A stretch of 64,000 nt of DNA, taken from an uncultured bacterium (lineage in GTDB: Bacteria > Auribacterota > Erginobacteria > Erginobacterales > CAZKCI01). The position numbers and the translations under genes were made by a program. Shown here piece after piece: positions 1-10,187 of the stretch. Location of the stretch: positions 36,022 through 100,021 of the forward strand of contig CAZOYW010000006.1 in assembly GCA_964584165.1 (NCBI GenBank), in the 5' to 3' direction. Each line of letters opens with the position of its first letter. Positions within the stretch are counted from its first letter, which is position 1. Below the pieces are notes generated by a model that was given only the letters and a program-made list of their open reading frames with translations, was not told the origin of the DNA and searched no databases.

Positions 1-2
1 CC

Positions 3-176
3 GCCTTCCTGAAAAAGAACGGGATCGGGACGGTCGAGTATCTCCTCCCCGACCCCGGGGTCGATCCCAAGGTCGTCCCCTACCTCCGCGCCATGGCCGA
101 AGGCGCGCGCGACGCCGGCGCGGAGCTCCGCCTCCACCTCCTCCCCCCCTTCCCCAGACTGGGGAGGGGGAGATAG
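3..176 (+). CDS. 3' end of an upstream gene (partial, unknown product); frame 3 reads ...AFLKKNGIGTVEYLLPDPGVDPKVVPYLRAMAEGARDAGAELRLHLLPPFPRLGRGR*
   Basis: Open frame running into the window edge and ending at TAG 174-176; plausible amino-acid composition; I recognised no family. Confidence 0.3.
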   Translation, partial: AFLKKNGIGTVEYLLPDPGVDPKVVPYLRAMAEGARDAGAELRLHLLPPFPRLGRGR

Positions 177-178
177 GG

Positions 179-2734
179 TCAGCGCCGTCCCGGAGCGGAC
201 GCGGGCCCCCGGCGACGGAGGGCAGCCCCGACGGAGAGGAGGACGACCGCCGCCCAGGAGGCGAGCGCGACGGCGCCGCCAGAGACCACCGCCGGGGGAA
301 GGAAAGCGAGCTCGACCCGGTGTTTCCCCGCCGCGAGCCAGACCCCCCGCTGGCAGTAGTTGACCCGGTGGAGGTCGGCGGGACGGCCGTCCACCCGCGC
401 CGTCCAGCCGGGGTACCAGACATCGGTGAAGATGAGCATCGCGGGCGAGCTGAAATCGCACTCGGCCACGACGGCGTTGGCCCGGGAGTAATCGATTCGA
501 CTGACAACGGCCTTCTCCTGCAGCTCGCGAAAACGGGCCGCCTCCTCGGCCGAGGCGGTCAGGGCGGTCCAGGCGCCGCAGGAGCGGTAGCTCGCGACCG
601 CCTCTCCCCCCTCGCGCGCCTCGGCCGGAGGCTCGATCATGAAGACCCCCCGCCGGAGATCCCCCCCGACTAGCTCCCGCATCTGCTCATCGGCGCTCGC
701 CTCCACGATCCGGTCCTGGGCGTAGACGCGGGGGAGAGCCTCGGCGTTCTCGTGGAGGTAGAGCGGCGGGCGGGGCTCCAGGGCGAGCGATCGGCCGGAG
801 GCGAAGGGGCCGGAGGGCCGGATGTCCATCAGGTCCCCGACCGAGAAGTGGGAGAGGAAAGGGACGAAGACCGGGCGGGGGTTGGCCCAGTAGATCGGCC
901 AGTCCATCGGCTTCTGGTAGGCGGCCTCGATCGCCCGCTTGAACCTCCGCTCCAGGGGCTTCATGTCGTAGCCCATGAGCGCGGCGGAACCGTCGAGGCG
1001 GGCGAAGTTGTCGTAGAAGGGCTGGTCGGAGCCCCAGCGGGCGGCGGGGGCGAAGCGGCGGCGGGAGAGGGGGTCGAGGACAGTCCGCACCATCGGGTGG
1101 CGTTCCGGCCGGGAAGCCCTCATGTGCTCGGGGCGCGCGAAGCGGCGTTCGAAGGTGCAGAAGTAGAACGCGTTGAAGGCGAAAAAGGCGGACTCGGCCA
1201 GGACGAGCCCCAGGGCCGCGGCGGCGCGGCGCCGGCCGCGGAGGCCGCGCCCGATGAGGACGAGGAGGACCACGGCGAGGCCGTAGTGAGTCACCGGCCC
1301 CAGCCAGAGCCAGGCGCTCTCATGGCGCGCGGCCATCTCCCCCCAGCCCGGGAAAGCCCAGGGCCGGGGCGGCGCTATCACCATCCCGGGGTGCTTCAGG
1401 GTGAGGTCCTGCGGCCAGGCCAGGGCCAGGACCACGACGGTCGCGGAGACGGCGACGAAACCCCAGACCAGGCGGGCGGAGAGGCGCCAGGCGGGCGCCC
1501 GGAAGAGCACCTCCGTCCCCAGACCGGCGAGCCAGGCAGAAGCCGCGCATTGGAGGAGGCGATAGCGGATGGGGAAAGGGAACTGGGAGAGGAAGGGGAC
1601 GGCGCGGAAGATCCAGCGGTAGAAGGGGATATGCCTCCCCAGGACGCAGAGGAGGCTGAAGAGGAAGACGAAGAGGGCGAAGGCGGACCAGAAGCGGAGA
1701 CGGCGGAGGCCGGCGCGGCGGGCGAGCGGACAGAGTCCGACCAGGGCGAGGAACATGAGGAGGAGTCCTCCGGACAGGTTCGCCTCCCAGTAGCGCGCCT
1801 CGCGGACGACGTTGAACCCCCAGATGTGCCTCCCGTCCACCGCGCCGAAGAGGTCGGGGGAAAAGAGCGTGGCCAGGTAGAGGGGGGGGAGCGAACCGTC
1901 GCCCCCGGCGACGCTCGCGTAGGAGAGGTCGATGTGCTGTTCGGTGTAGGACTGCCCCTCCAGGGCGGAGAACCAGTAGACCGCGGAGAGGCAGACGCCG
2001 AGGATGACGGCCGCGGCGAGGAGGAGCGGCGCGCGGAGCGAGGCGGCGTATTCGCCGCGGAGGAGACGGCGGGCGGAGAGGGCCAGGGCGAGGAAGGCGG
2101 CGAGGACGAGGCTGTAGCCGAGGTGGGGGGGCTGGGCGGCGAGCGACATCAGCCCCAGCACGATCCCCCCCCGCGCCACGCCGCCCCAGGAGGGTCGGCG
2201 GTCGAGTTGAACCACCTGGAGAAGGAGGAAGGGGAGCCAGGCCTGCACCGCCACGATCGGGAACCAGACGTAGGAGTAGGAGAAGGCGGGGCTGAAGACG
2301 TAGATCCACCCCCCGGCGAGGGAGGAGAGGGGACGGAGGCGGAGCGCCCGGCGGAGGAAGAGGTACATGCCGGCGCCGGCCAGCAGGTAGTGCAGGAAGA
2401 GGGGGAGGAGGGAGAGGGTCCAGTAGGAGAGGTCGAGATCCCCCGGCCGGGAGAGAAGGTAGAACGGCCAGAGGGGGAAATACCAGGTGTCGGCGTAGTA
2501 GCGGGCGTAGAAGGGGATCGCCCCGCACCAGGTGTGGGGCTCCCAGAAGGGGATCTCGCCCTGCTGGAAATGGACGGCGAGGAAGTAGTGCCAGGGGAAC
2601 TCCGCCATCGCCTGGTCGTCCTGGAAGATCCCCTGCCGGCCGAGGAAGGCGGGGAGAAAGAGGAGCATAACTCCGAGAGACAAAATGAAGAGCGAGCGGG
2701 CGTCGGAACAAAAGCGCCAGAAAGGAGCATTCAT
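179..2734 (-). CDS. YfhO-family GT-C membrane glycosyltransferase (851 aa)
   Basis: Many TM helices; C-terminal signature DVWYPGWTARVDGRPADLHRVNYCQRGVWLAAGKHRVELAF typical of YfhO proteins. Confidence 0.8.
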   Translation of the reverse strand: MNAPFWRFCSDARSLFILSLGVMLLFLPAFLGRQGIFQDDQAMAEFPWHYFLAVHFQQGEIPFWEPHTWCGAIPFYARYYADTWYFPLWPFYLLSRPGDLDLSYWTLSLLPLFLHYLLAGAGMYLFLRRALRLRPLSSLAGGWIYVFSPAFSYSYVWFPIVAVQAWLPFLLLQVVQLDRRPSWGGVARGGIVLGLMSLAAQPPHLGYSLVLAAFLALALSARRLLRGEYAASLRAPLLLAAAVILGVCLSAVYWFSALEGQSYTEQHIDLSYASVAGGDGSLPPLYLATLFSPDLFGAVDGRHIWGFNVVREARYWEANLSGGLLLMFLALVGLCPLARRAGLRRLRFWSAFALFVFLFSLLCVLGRHIPFYRWIFRAVPFLSQFPFPIRYRLLQCAASAWLAGLGTEVLFRAPAWRLSARLVWGFVAVSATVVVLALAWPQDLTLKHPGMVIAPPRPWAFPGWGEMAARHESAWLWLGPVTHYGLAVVLLVLIGRGLRGRRRAAAALGLVLAESAFFAFNAFYFCTFERRFARPEHMRASRPERHPMVRTVLDPLSRRRFAPAARWGSDQPFYDNFARLDGSAALMGYDMKPLERRFKRAIEAAYQKPMDWPIYWANPRPVFVPFLSHFSVGDLMDIRPSGPFASGRSLALEPRPPLYLHENAEALPRVYAQDRIVEASADEQMRELVGGDLRRGVFMIEPPAEAREGGEAVASYRSCGAWTALTASAEEAARFRELQEKAVVSRIDYSRANAVVAECDFSSPAMLIFTDVWYPGWTARVDGRPADLHRVNYCQRGVWLAAGKHRVELAFLPPAVVSGGAVALASWAAVVLLSVGAALRRRGPASAPGRR

Positions 2735-3030
2735 CGTGCCATCTCAGTGATCCCCGAGACCGCTTATAATACCTCTTTCCCGCCTACGTACGCGTATTGA
2801 ATTATTGCCCCAGCGGCCCTATAGTGACACCATTTCGCTGATCGGGCTGGGGCCGACTAACGAATTCACCACCGAGAGCGGCCGCCCGCCCGAGCCGGGG
2901 ACGATTTATCTTCTGCCCCGGAAAGGTGGAAACTAGTATTGCAAACACCCTGGACAAAGGGAGCTGATCGAGCGGGGCCGTCCGGCGTCCCCAGGGCACG
3001 AGGGCGAGCGTTCCCTCTGCGAACCAATCC
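2735..3030. promoter_or_regulatory. Divergent intergenic promoter region between the YfhO gene (-) and the Glf-like operon (+)
   Basis: 296-bp non-coding gap, locally AT-richer (cttataatacc, tattgaattattg, TTGCAAacaccctggacaaaggg); genes diverge on both sides. Confidence 0.35.
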
Positions 3031-4461
3031 ATGAGAGAAAAATGGGACTGTGTCGTGGTGGGGGCGGGTCCGGCGGGCCTGGTGGCGGCGCGGGAACTCG
3101 CGCGGGCGGGACAGCGGGTCGTGGTGCTAGAACAACGGCAGCATGTGGGGGGATTGGCCCGCACGATCGATTTCCGGGGTTGCCGCTTCGATATCGGCCC
3201 CCACCGCTTTTTCACCAAGTCCCAGGAAGTCGAAAGATTATGGGAAAACGCGTTGGGTCCCGACTACACCCGAGTGGATCGCCTGACCCGGATCCTTTAT
3301 CGGGGCCGCTACTTTTATTATCCGCTGAAGATCCTGAACACCCTGGTCGGCCTCGGCCCCTGGGGATCCATAAAGGCCTTTGGGAGCTACCTGGCGCGCC
3401 CCCGCCGGGGCGGGGACACCTACGAGGACTACATCAGTTCCGCCTTCGGCACGGTGCTCTACGAGACATTCTTCAAGTCCTATTCCGAGAAGATCTGGGG
3501 GATCCCCTGCCGACAGATTTCTCCGGATTTCGCCGTCCAGAGGATCCATGGGCTCTCCTTCTGGACGGCGATAAAAAACGCAATGATCGCCAGCCGGCAG
3601 GGGCTCCCCAGCAAGGTCAAGTCCCTGGTCTCCTCATTTCGGTACCCCCGGCAGGGGAGCGGATCCGCTTATGACCAGCTGGCCGATGGGGTCAGGAAGG
3701 CCGGGGGAGAGATCGCCACCGGATGGAAGGTAACCGACTGGAATATCGACCGAGATTCCCAGCGACTGGAATCGGTCCTCGCCGGACGCGGGCAGGAGAG
3801 AAGGATATTCCCCGGGAACAGTTTCATCTCTACCATTCCGATCAACGAGCTGGTCTTTTCGTTCCACCCCGCTCTCCCCCATCCCGCGATCGAGGCCGCC
3901 CGCGCCCTGCGTTTCCGCGACCACATCTCCGTCAACCTGATCTTCCGCGGCCCGCGGCCTTTTCCCGATCAGTGGCTTTACCTCCATGACCCCGGGCTGT
4001 TCGCCGCCCGCCTGACCAACTACTGCAATTTTAGCCGAGAGATGAGCAGCCAGGAGGGCGTCTATCCCTTGACCATGGAATATTTCTGCTTCAAGGACGA
4101 TCGCTTCTGGGCTGAGGATGACGCCTACCTGATCGCACTAGCCACCGCCGAACTGAAGAAGCGCGTCGTGACCGGCCCGGGTGAAATCGTGGATGCGTTT
4201 GTGGTCCGCGAGCCCGACGCCTATCCGGTCTACTTCCTCAAATACCAGCCCTATCTAAAAACCATCCGAGACCATCTGGCCGGTTTCCGCAACCTGCAGC
4301 TGGCCGGGCGCTCCGGGCTCTACCGGTACAACAACATGGACCATTCGATCCTGACCGGCCTCTACGCCGCCCGCAACGTGTTGGGGGAAGCCCATGACAT
4401 CTGGCAGGTGAATGCCGACGAAATTTATCTGGAGCAAGTCCGCGAACAGGACAGCTACTAG
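3031..4461 (+). CDS. FAD-dependent UDP-galactopyranose-mutase-like flavoenzyme (Glf family-like, 476 aa)
   Basis: N-terminal Rossmann VVVGAGPAGLVAARELARAGQRVVVLEQRQHVGG; internal YETFFKSYSEKIWG and C-terminal GRSGLYRYNNMDHSILTGLYAARN resemble Glf motifs (YxxxxKGYTEKQWG; GRLAEYKYYDMHQVI). Confidence 0.6.
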   Translation: MREKWDCVVVGAGPAGLVAARELARAGQRVVVLEQRQHVGGLARTIDFRGCRFDIGPHRFFTKSQEVERLWENALGPDYTRVDRLTRILYRGRYFYYPLKILNTLVGLGPWGSIKAFGSYLARPRRGGDTYEDYISSAFGTVLYETFFKSYSEKIWGIPCRQISPDFAVQRIHGLSFWTAIKNAMIASRQGLPSKVKSLVSSFRYPRQGSGSAYDQLADGVRKAGGEIATGWKVTDWNIDRDSQRLESVLAGRGQERRIFPGNSFISTIPINELVFSFHPALPHPAIEAARALRFRDHISVNLIFRGPRPFPDQWLYLHDPGLFAARLTNYCNFSREMSSQEGVYPLTMEYFCFKDDRFWAEDDAYLIALATAELKKRVVTGPGEIVDAFVVREPDAYPVYFLKYQPYLKTIRDHLAGFRNLQLAGRSGLYRYNNMDHSILTGLYAARNVLGEAHDIWQVNADEIYLEQVREQDSY

Positions 4462-4463
4462 CC

Positions 4464-5978
4464 ATGGGCCCCCCCCGCTTCGTTTCCCTGCTTCGCCGTC
4501 TCCCCCGCCGGTCCGTCTACTGGGCGCTGCTGCTAGCCGTGGCCGCCTACGTGGGTTTCGTGGTCTCGGACTACGATCGCTGCTGGATGTGCGTCGAGGT
4601 CTGGGAGCAGCACATCCCCAATGCGGTGAAAACGGGGCCACGGCTGGTAGCTGCCGATTTTTTGCGGGGATTCGAGAACTCCCCCTATGTCATTCTCACC
4701 GGCGAATTGCGCCTCTCCTTCGTCTCCAACCTCCTCCAGCTGCTCAACGTCAAGTTCCGTCTCTGGCTGTTCCAGCACCTGCCGATCCATCCCAGCCTCT
4801 CCTTAACCTGGGTGCTGGTGGCACTGGTCTCGCCGCTGCTCGCATACCAGCTAGCCAAGGAGCTCTCCGATGCATCGGGAGCCTGGACGACGGTGCTGCT
4901 CTATTGCCTTACCACCGGCTTCCTTTCCGGGCTGACCTACTTTATGAAGCCGAGCAAATACCTGACCAATGTCTTCGCCCTTCTCTGCTTTTATCTCGCC
5001 GCCCGCCTGGTCCGGGTCTCCACCGGCGCACCCTCGTGGGGGCGGCGGCAGTGGATTCTCCTCGCCGCGCTGCTCGGGAGTATTTTTCTGTCCTTCTTCA
5101 GCGACGAGGCCACCTGGTTCGTCTACCTGTGTCTCCCGATCATGTTTCCCGCCCTCTTCTCCCGGCGGGGGAAACGAGGCTTGATCTGGGGGCTCTATTT
5201 ATCGCTGGCGCTCTTCTTCGCCCTGACCGCCGTCTATCTGGCGCCGATCCTGGTCCGGCGTTTCGGGGGGGAGGAGATCAACTTCCTCTCGACGCTGCGA
5301 ACCTATCAGGGGCTGAGAAAGGCCAGCCCCTGGGAGACCTTCCGGTTCCGCTATCTCATCGTCAACACCGTCAACCTCTTGCGCAGCCAGTTTCTGACCG
5401 GGATCCGGGCCCTGGATTACCTGTGGTTCCCGCTCGCCGGCTACCTCGTCTGGTTGGCGGCGCTGATGCCCCCCCCTCGGCGGCGTCTGGCCGGACGGAT
5501 CGTCCTGACCATTGTCCTGTTCATCGTCTTTCAATCCTTTCTCCAGGCGCAGCATCCCGGGGTCCCCAGCCGGATCCTCAACTTCGCGTATTACTACGGA
5601 GTCCTCTTCTCCCTGCTCGCCGCCCTCCTCCTGGGGCTGCTCCTCTCCGGCTCCCCGCCCCGGCCCCTGCGGGCCGTCAACACCGCTGTTCTGGTGCTGT
5701 TGATGGTCGTCTTCGCCGTCAATTTCCTCCGCATCCGTCCGGGCTACGAGACCTGGAACGATCCGGAAGGCCTGGACCGACGCCGGGTCGACCGGGGCAT
5801 GGTGATAACCTGCTGGCGCTACCGCGAGCGGCTGGACGAGCTGGAGAAGGACCACCCCGAGATCGCCCGGTGGCTGGAGGGGGAGACCTGGCTGAAAACG
5901 GAGTTGAGATACATACCCCGGCGTCTCCCCGCTCCGGGGGCCGGGGAGACAGGCGCCCCCGGAGAAGGAACCAAGTGA
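4464..5978 (+). CDS. Polytopic integral membrane protein, putative GT-C-type partner of the downstream GtrB-like GT2 (504 aa)
   Basis: About 12 predicted TM helices; start ATG 3 nt after the upstream stop; its stop overlaps the next start (GTGA). Confidence 0.6.
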   Translation: MGPPRFVSLLRRLPRRSVYWALLLAVAAYVGFVVSDYDRCWMCVEVWEQHIPNAVKTGPRLVAADFLRGFENSPYVILTGELRLSFVSNLLQLLNVKFRLWLFQHLPIHPSLSLTWVLVALVSPLLAYQLAKELSDASGAWTTVLLYCLTTGFLSGLTYFMKPSKYLTNVFALLCFYLAARLVRVSTGAPSWGRRQWILLAALLGSIFLSFFSDEATWFVYLCLPIMFPALFSRRGKRGLIWGLYLSLALFFALTAVYLAPILVRRFGGEEINFLSTLRTYQGLRKASPWETFRFRYLIVNTVNLLRSQFLTGIRALDYLWFPLAGYLVWLAALMPPPRRRLAGRIVLTIVLFIVFQSFLQAQHPGVPSRILNFAYYYGVLFSLLAALLLGLLLSGSPPRPLRAVNTAVLVLLMVVFAVNFLRIRPGYETWNDPEGLDRRRVDRGMVITCWRYRERLDELEKDHPEIARWLEGETWLKTELRYIPRRLPAPGAGETGAPGEGTK

Positions 5979-7021
5979 AATCACGCGACCAGGGGGGGGG
6001 CGGAACCAGGGCAGCCGCCGGCCGCCCCCTTTTCTCGATCGTCATCCCCGTTTACAACGCGGCCGAGACGCTCCCGGAGTGCCTGGCGAGCATCTACGCC
6101 TCCACCTTCGCCGATTTCGAGGTGATCGTCGTCGATGACGCCTCGAGCGACGGATCGGCCGCCGTCGCCCGTTCCTCCCCAGCCGCCCTCGTGAGCCTCC
6201 CCGTTAACCAGGGCCCCTCGCTGGCCCGAAACGCCGGAGCCGAGCGGGCGCGGGGCCGCTTCCTGCTCTTCACCGATGCCGATTGCCTCTTCGAGAAGGA
6301 CCTCCTGGACCGGGCCCGCCGCCGGATCGAGGAGGAGGGGGCGGCCCTGTTCGGGGGCACCTACGACCCCCGTTCCGCCGAAGGAAACTTTTACGGCGAC
6401 TTCCAGGCCCTCTACGATTTCTACCACGAGACGAAAGATCCCTGCGCTAACTACCTGGCCGCGCACCTGCTGGTGATCGAAATGGACCTCTTCCGTCGCG
6501 TGGGGGGATTCCACCGGGGGGAGTTCGTCGGCCGGGACGCCGGCTGCGAGGACCTTGACCTGAGCTATCGGCTCAAGCGCCTGGGGTGCCGACTCTCCGT
6601 CTATCCGGAGCTTAGGGTGAAGCACTACTTCGGGTTCGGCCTCTTTTCCTCCCTGCGGAATGCCGCCAAAAAGAGCTACCTCTGGGCCCAGTTCCTCCTG
6701 GCGGAGAAGCTGCTGTTTTCCGACGCCGGCGTCGGATCCACCGAGCTGAAGGCGAACGCGGCCCTGGCGCTCCTCCTCCTCTTCGGCGCGGGGGCGGGCC
6801 TGGCCGGGCGGGCCGGGGGGTGGGCGGCGGCGGCCGGGCTGTTCGTTCTCATGCTCGCGATCAACCGGCGGTTCCTTTTGTTTGCCCTGAGGCAACGGGG
6901 GGCGCTTTTCGCCCTTCAGACGGCCCTCTACCTCCTAGTCCCCTACGCCCTGAGCGTGGGGGCGGGGGGATTCCTTCTCCTCTGCCAGGTCCCCTTCCGG
7001 CGGAGGCTTTGGAGAAAGTAG
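5975..7021 (+). CDS. GT2 glycosyltransferase with C-terminal TM helices (GtrB/polyprenyl-phosphate sugar synthase-like)
   Basis: LFSIVIPVYNAAETLPECLASIYASTFADFEVIVVDDASSDGS GT-A motif; DxD-like FTDADC; two C-terminal TM helices; GTG start overlapping the upstream TGA. The 869-aa ORF 4412-7021 is a read-through artefact. Confidence 0.8.
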   Translation: MKSRDQGGGGTRAAAGRPLFSIVIPVYNAAETLPECLASIYASTFADFEVIVVDDASSDGSAAVARSSPAALVSLPVNQGPSLARNAGAERARGRFLLFTDADCLFEKDLLDRARRRIEEEGAALFGGTYDPRSAEGNFYGDFQALYDFYHETKDPCANYLAAHLLVIEMDLFRRVGGFHRGEFVGRDAGCEDLDLSYRLKRLGCRLSVYPELRVKHYFGFGLFSSLRNAAKKSYLWAQFLLAEKLLFSDAGVGSTELKANAALALLLLFGAGAGLAGRAGGWAAAAGLFVLMLAINRRFLLFALRQRGALFALQTALYLLVPYALSVGAGGFLLLCQVPFRRRLWRK

Positions 7022-7028
7022 GCGGGCC

Positions 7029-8165
7029 ATGATGTACAGCCCCTTGCGCTTCCTGCCCCGGATCCTGCGGAAGGGGCGAGCGCCATTGCATCTCACCTAT
7101 TTCATCACCTCCCGCTGCAACTCCCGCTGCGGCTTCTGCTTCTACCGGAAAGAGGACCAAGCACCGGGGGTCGAGCTCGGCGCCGGCGAGGCGGAGCGGA
7201 TCGCCCGCGCCTATCCGGGGAACCTCCTCTGGCTCCTCCTCTCCGGCGGGGAGCCCTTCCTCCACCCGGAGATCTCCGCGATCTGCCGGGCCTTTTACCT
7301 CCACACCCGGCCTACCTTCATCGTCATCCCCACCAACTGCCTCCAGCCACGGGTGATCGAAGCAACGGTGGACCGGATCGCCCGGGAGTGTCCGCGCTCG
7401 CAGGTGGTGATCAAGGCCTCGCTCGACGGCTGGGGAGCAGACCATGACCGCCTCCGTGGCGTGGAAGGGAACTTCGAACTGTTTCGGGAGACCGTGGAAC
7501 GGGTCGGGGCGCTAAAGGTCGGGCGGCGGAACCTCTCCCTGGGCGTCAACACGGTCATCCTTCCCCAAAACCTAGATCTCCTCTCCGACCTGCGCCGGGA
7601 GGTCAGGAAATTGCCGCGCGTGGACTACCACAATTTCTCACTGGTAAGGGGCTCTGCGGCAACGGAGGAGTTGAAGGAGATCGATCCGGAGAGCTACCGG
7701 CGCCTGGGCGGGGATCTGGAAGCCGAGGCGCGGAGGGGAGAAGGCGGCAAGGGGAGCTTTTTCGGGGCCCAGCTGAAGGCCGCCCAGGATATCCGGCAGC
7801 GGGAGCTGGTGTACCGGGTGCTGGCGACGGGGAAGCGGCAGATCCCCTGTTACGCCGGCCGCCTGAACCTGGTCCTGAACGAAACGGGCGACATCTATCC
7901 CTGCGAGATGCTCCCCTGGAAGCTCGGCAACGCCAGGGAGGAAGGCTACGACCTCGGCAAAATCCTCTCCGGCCCCCGGACAGCCGAGTGCCTGAGAGCG
8001 ATCGCGGAGGGGAACGCGGTCTGCGACCGCTGCACCAACGAGTGCTACTTCATCACCAACATACTGTTCAACCCGCGCCAGGCCGCCGCCGCCCTGGGCC
8101 TCGCCGCCCGGATCCTCATCGGCGGAGCGGCGCGCGGAGCAAGGCCGCGGACTCGGCAGAGTTGA
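7029..8165 (+). CDS. Radical SAM/SPASM-domain enzyme, anSME-like (378 aa)
   Basis: CNSRCGFCFY CxxxCxxC cluster near the N-terminus; C-terminal Cys-rich SPASM region (GDIYPCEML...CDRCTNECYF). Confidence 0.85.
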   Translation: MMYSPLRFLPRILRKGRAPLHLTYFITSRCNSRCGFCFYRKEDQAPGVELGAGEAERIARAYPGNLLWLLLSGGEPFLHPEISAICRAFYLHTRPTFIVIPTNCLQPRVIEATVDRIARECPRSQVVIKASLDGWGADHDRLRGVEGNFELFRETVERVGALKVGRRNLSLGVNTVILPQNLDLLSDLRREVRKLPRVDYHNFSLVRGSAATEELKEIDPESYRRLGGDLEAEARRGEGGKGSFFGAQLKAAQDIRQRELVYRVLATGKRQIPCYAGRLNLVLNETGDIYPCEMLPWKLGNAREEGYDLGKILSGPRTAECLRAIAEGNAVCDRCTNECYFITNILFNPRQAAAALGLAARILIGGAARGARPRTRQS

Positions 8166-8230
8166 AATCGGGGGGCAGTAAGGCTATATTGTTGAAGTTC
8201 GCAGTGGCGGAGACGCGCCGGACAGCTCCC

Positions 8231-10144
8231 ATGAAATCCAGGCCGAGGATCCGCTCCGAGTGCTTGCTCGCTTTCAGTCTCCTCGCCGCCCTCCTCCCCG
8301 GCTTCGCCTGCCGCCCGAAAGCTCCGCCAGCCGACCGGCCCAATATCTTCATCGCCTTGCTGGACGGGGCGCGGGCCGATCATTTCTCCTCGTACGGTTA
8401 CCCGCTTCCCACCACCCCCCGGATCGACGAGATCGCCCGGAGGGGCGTCCTCTTCCTTGCGGCCTTCGCCCCCGACACCGTGACCCGAACCTCCCTGCCC
8501 CGCATCCTTTCGTCCCGCTATTTCAGCAAGGACATGTTCGGAGTCGACGGGCACCGCTGGGGGATCTGGCGGGAGGACCCCACCACCATCTTCCAGGATT
8601 TCGACCGCGAGGAGATCTCGCTTCCCGAGGTCCTCTCCGCCCAGGGCTACCGAACGATGCTGATCACCAATCACAAGGCGATCACGCCGATGGAGTTCGG
8701 ACGGCTCTTCGACGAGGTCATCGTCGTTCCTTATCCGGAGAACCGGCCCCCGGACGAGGAAACGGCCGCCCGGGCGCTCGCCTGGATCGCGGAAAACCGG
8801 GACCGGCCGTTTTTCGTCCTCTACCACGTCATGTCTCCGCATCATCCCTATCCGGCCAAGGCGGAGGACTCCGAGTTCACGGGCGGGGAGGATCCGGCGC
8901 GGGTCAAATGGGTGAAGACCGAGGCGATCGAGTCCCTGAGCGAGCTTTCCGACGGCTGGACCGCGGACGACCGGCGCATCCTGCGCGGGCTCTACGACGG
9001 GAACCTCCGGCATACCGACAACTGGGTGGGGAAGATTTTCGATCGGCTGGGCGAATGGGGCCTGAAAGACCGGACCATCTTCGTCATCACCGCGGACCAC
9101 GGCATGAACCTCGGCGAGCACCGCCGCATCCACCTGGGCGGCGACGCGTTCCAGTCGATCGCCCACGTCCCCTTGATCATGGCCTGGCCATCGCGCCTTC
9201 CCTCCGGCGTCCGCGTCTCCGGGCTGGTGGAGCTGATCGACCTCATGCCCACCCTCCTGGAACTGGCTGGCCGCGATCTCCCTCGGGGGAAAACGATGGA
9301 CGGCGGCAGCCTCGCGCCTTTCATCCGCAATCCCGACCAGGGGAAGGAGGCGGTCTTCTCGGGAAGGGGGATACGGACGCCGCGCTGGCTCTATTTCCCC
9401 GCGGGGGACGAAGAAGACGAGAGCGAGCTCCTTTTCGATCTCCAAGCCGATCCGGACGAGACCGCCGATCTGGCCGAACGCGACCCGCGGACGGCCGCGA
9501 CCCTGGCCGAGCGCCGGCGGCTTTCCCTCGAACCCTTCCGTAGACGCTTCGAGTCCGCCCGCCGGAAGACCCCCCCCGACTACGCCTTTTACCTCCTCCC
9601 CGAGATGTTCTCCATCACCCCGGAGGGATCTTACGCCGTCTCGGACAAGTGGCGCCGGACCAGGACCGTGCTCGAGAAAGAGGCGCCGACCAAGCCCTGG
9701 CTCCTGCACCGGGAGATGATCCACGGCGGCCTCTTCCGGATCCCTAAAAACGGGGCGGCCACTCCCCTGCGGATGACCGTCGCCGTCCCCAGCGGCGACT
9801 ATCGCGTTTCCCTCCTCCTGGATACTCCGGAGAACCCGCCGGACAATCCCGGGGCGATCGGCCTGCGCTATCGCTTCGATCCTTCCGGAGACTATCTCCT
9901 CCCCGCCGGGATCGAGCCTTTCGGAAGGGGGGAACGCCCCTACTTCTACCTCGACCTGGGCGAAACCTCCGTCCGCGACGATCGTTTCCGGGTCGAGATC
10001 GATTTCGCCCCCCCCGGCGACGAGCCCTACATCATCCGGCACGTCAAGTTCGTCCCCGCCGGGGCGGCGGAAAGCGGCGGCCAGAACGCGGCGCGGGAGG
10101 CGGAAGAGCGGAAGCAGGCGCTGAAGAAGCTCGGCTACGATTGA
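8231..10144 (+). CDS. Secreted/lipoprotein sulfatase-fold enzyme (alkaline-phosphatase superfamily) with degenerate FGly motif
   Basis: Signal peptide MKSRPRIRSECLLAFSLLAALLPGFAC; NIFIALLDGARADH metal-site motif; TTPRIDEIARRG; DHGMNLGEH; the CxPxR position reads T-R-T-S-L. Start taken at the internal ATG (the ORF 7988-10144 is an upstream extension). Confidence 0.8.
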   Translation: MKSRPRIRSECLLAFSLLAALLPGFACRPKAPPADRPNIFIALLDGARADHFSSYGYPLPTTPRIDEIARRGVLFLAAFAPDTVTRTSLPRILSSRYFSKDMFGVDGHRWGIWREDPTTIFQDFDREEISLPEVLSAQGYRTMLITNHKAITPMEFGRLFDEVIVVPYPENRPPDEETAARALAWIAENRDRPFFVLYHVMSPHHPYPAKAEDSEFTGGEDPARVKWVKTEAIESLSELSDGWTADDRRILRGLYDGNLRHTDNWVGKIFDRLGEWGLKDRTIFVITADHGMNLGEHRRIHLGGDAFQSIAHVPLIMAWPSRLPSGVRVSGLVELIDLMPTLLELAGRDLPRGKTMDGGSLAPFIRNPDQGKEAVFSGRGIRTPRWLYFPAGDEEDESELLFDLQADPDETADLAERDPRTAATLAERRRLSLEPFRRRFESARRKTPPDYAFYLLPEMFSITPEGSYAVSDKWRRTRTVLEKEAPTKPWLLHREMIHGGLFRIPKNGAATPLRMTVAVPSGDYRVSLLLDTPENPPDNPGAIGLRYRFDPSGDYLLPAGIEPFGRGERPYFYLDLGETSVRDDRFRVEIDFAPPGDEPYIIRHVKFVPAGAAESGGQNAAREAEERKQALKKLGYD

Positions 10145-10187
10145 GCCGGAGAGGGGATCGGCTTGACGGGCGGAGACCTTCGTCCCC

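Noticed and set aside
752-2800. 682-aa + strand ORF rich in G/E/A/R
   Set aside because: Antisense to the YfhO gene; low-complexity GC-driven composition; no RBS or domain
4412-7021. 869-aa + strand ORF spanning two genes
   Set aside because: Its first 520 aa are an alternate frame of the membrane-protein gene 4464-5978 (Pro/Arg-rich junk); the real GT2 gene begins at GTG 5975, which overlaps the upstream stop
8045-10042. 665-aa - strand ORF
   Set aside because: Antisense to the sulfatase-fold gene; G/R/P-rich; no motifs
7029-10144. Classical anSME + Cys/Ser-type sulfatase pair interpretation
   Set aside because: The adjacent sulfatase-fold proteins lack the C/S-x-P-x-R Arg (Thr occupies the nucleophile position in two of the three), so a canonical FGly maturation pair is not supported as such; kept as a finding instead
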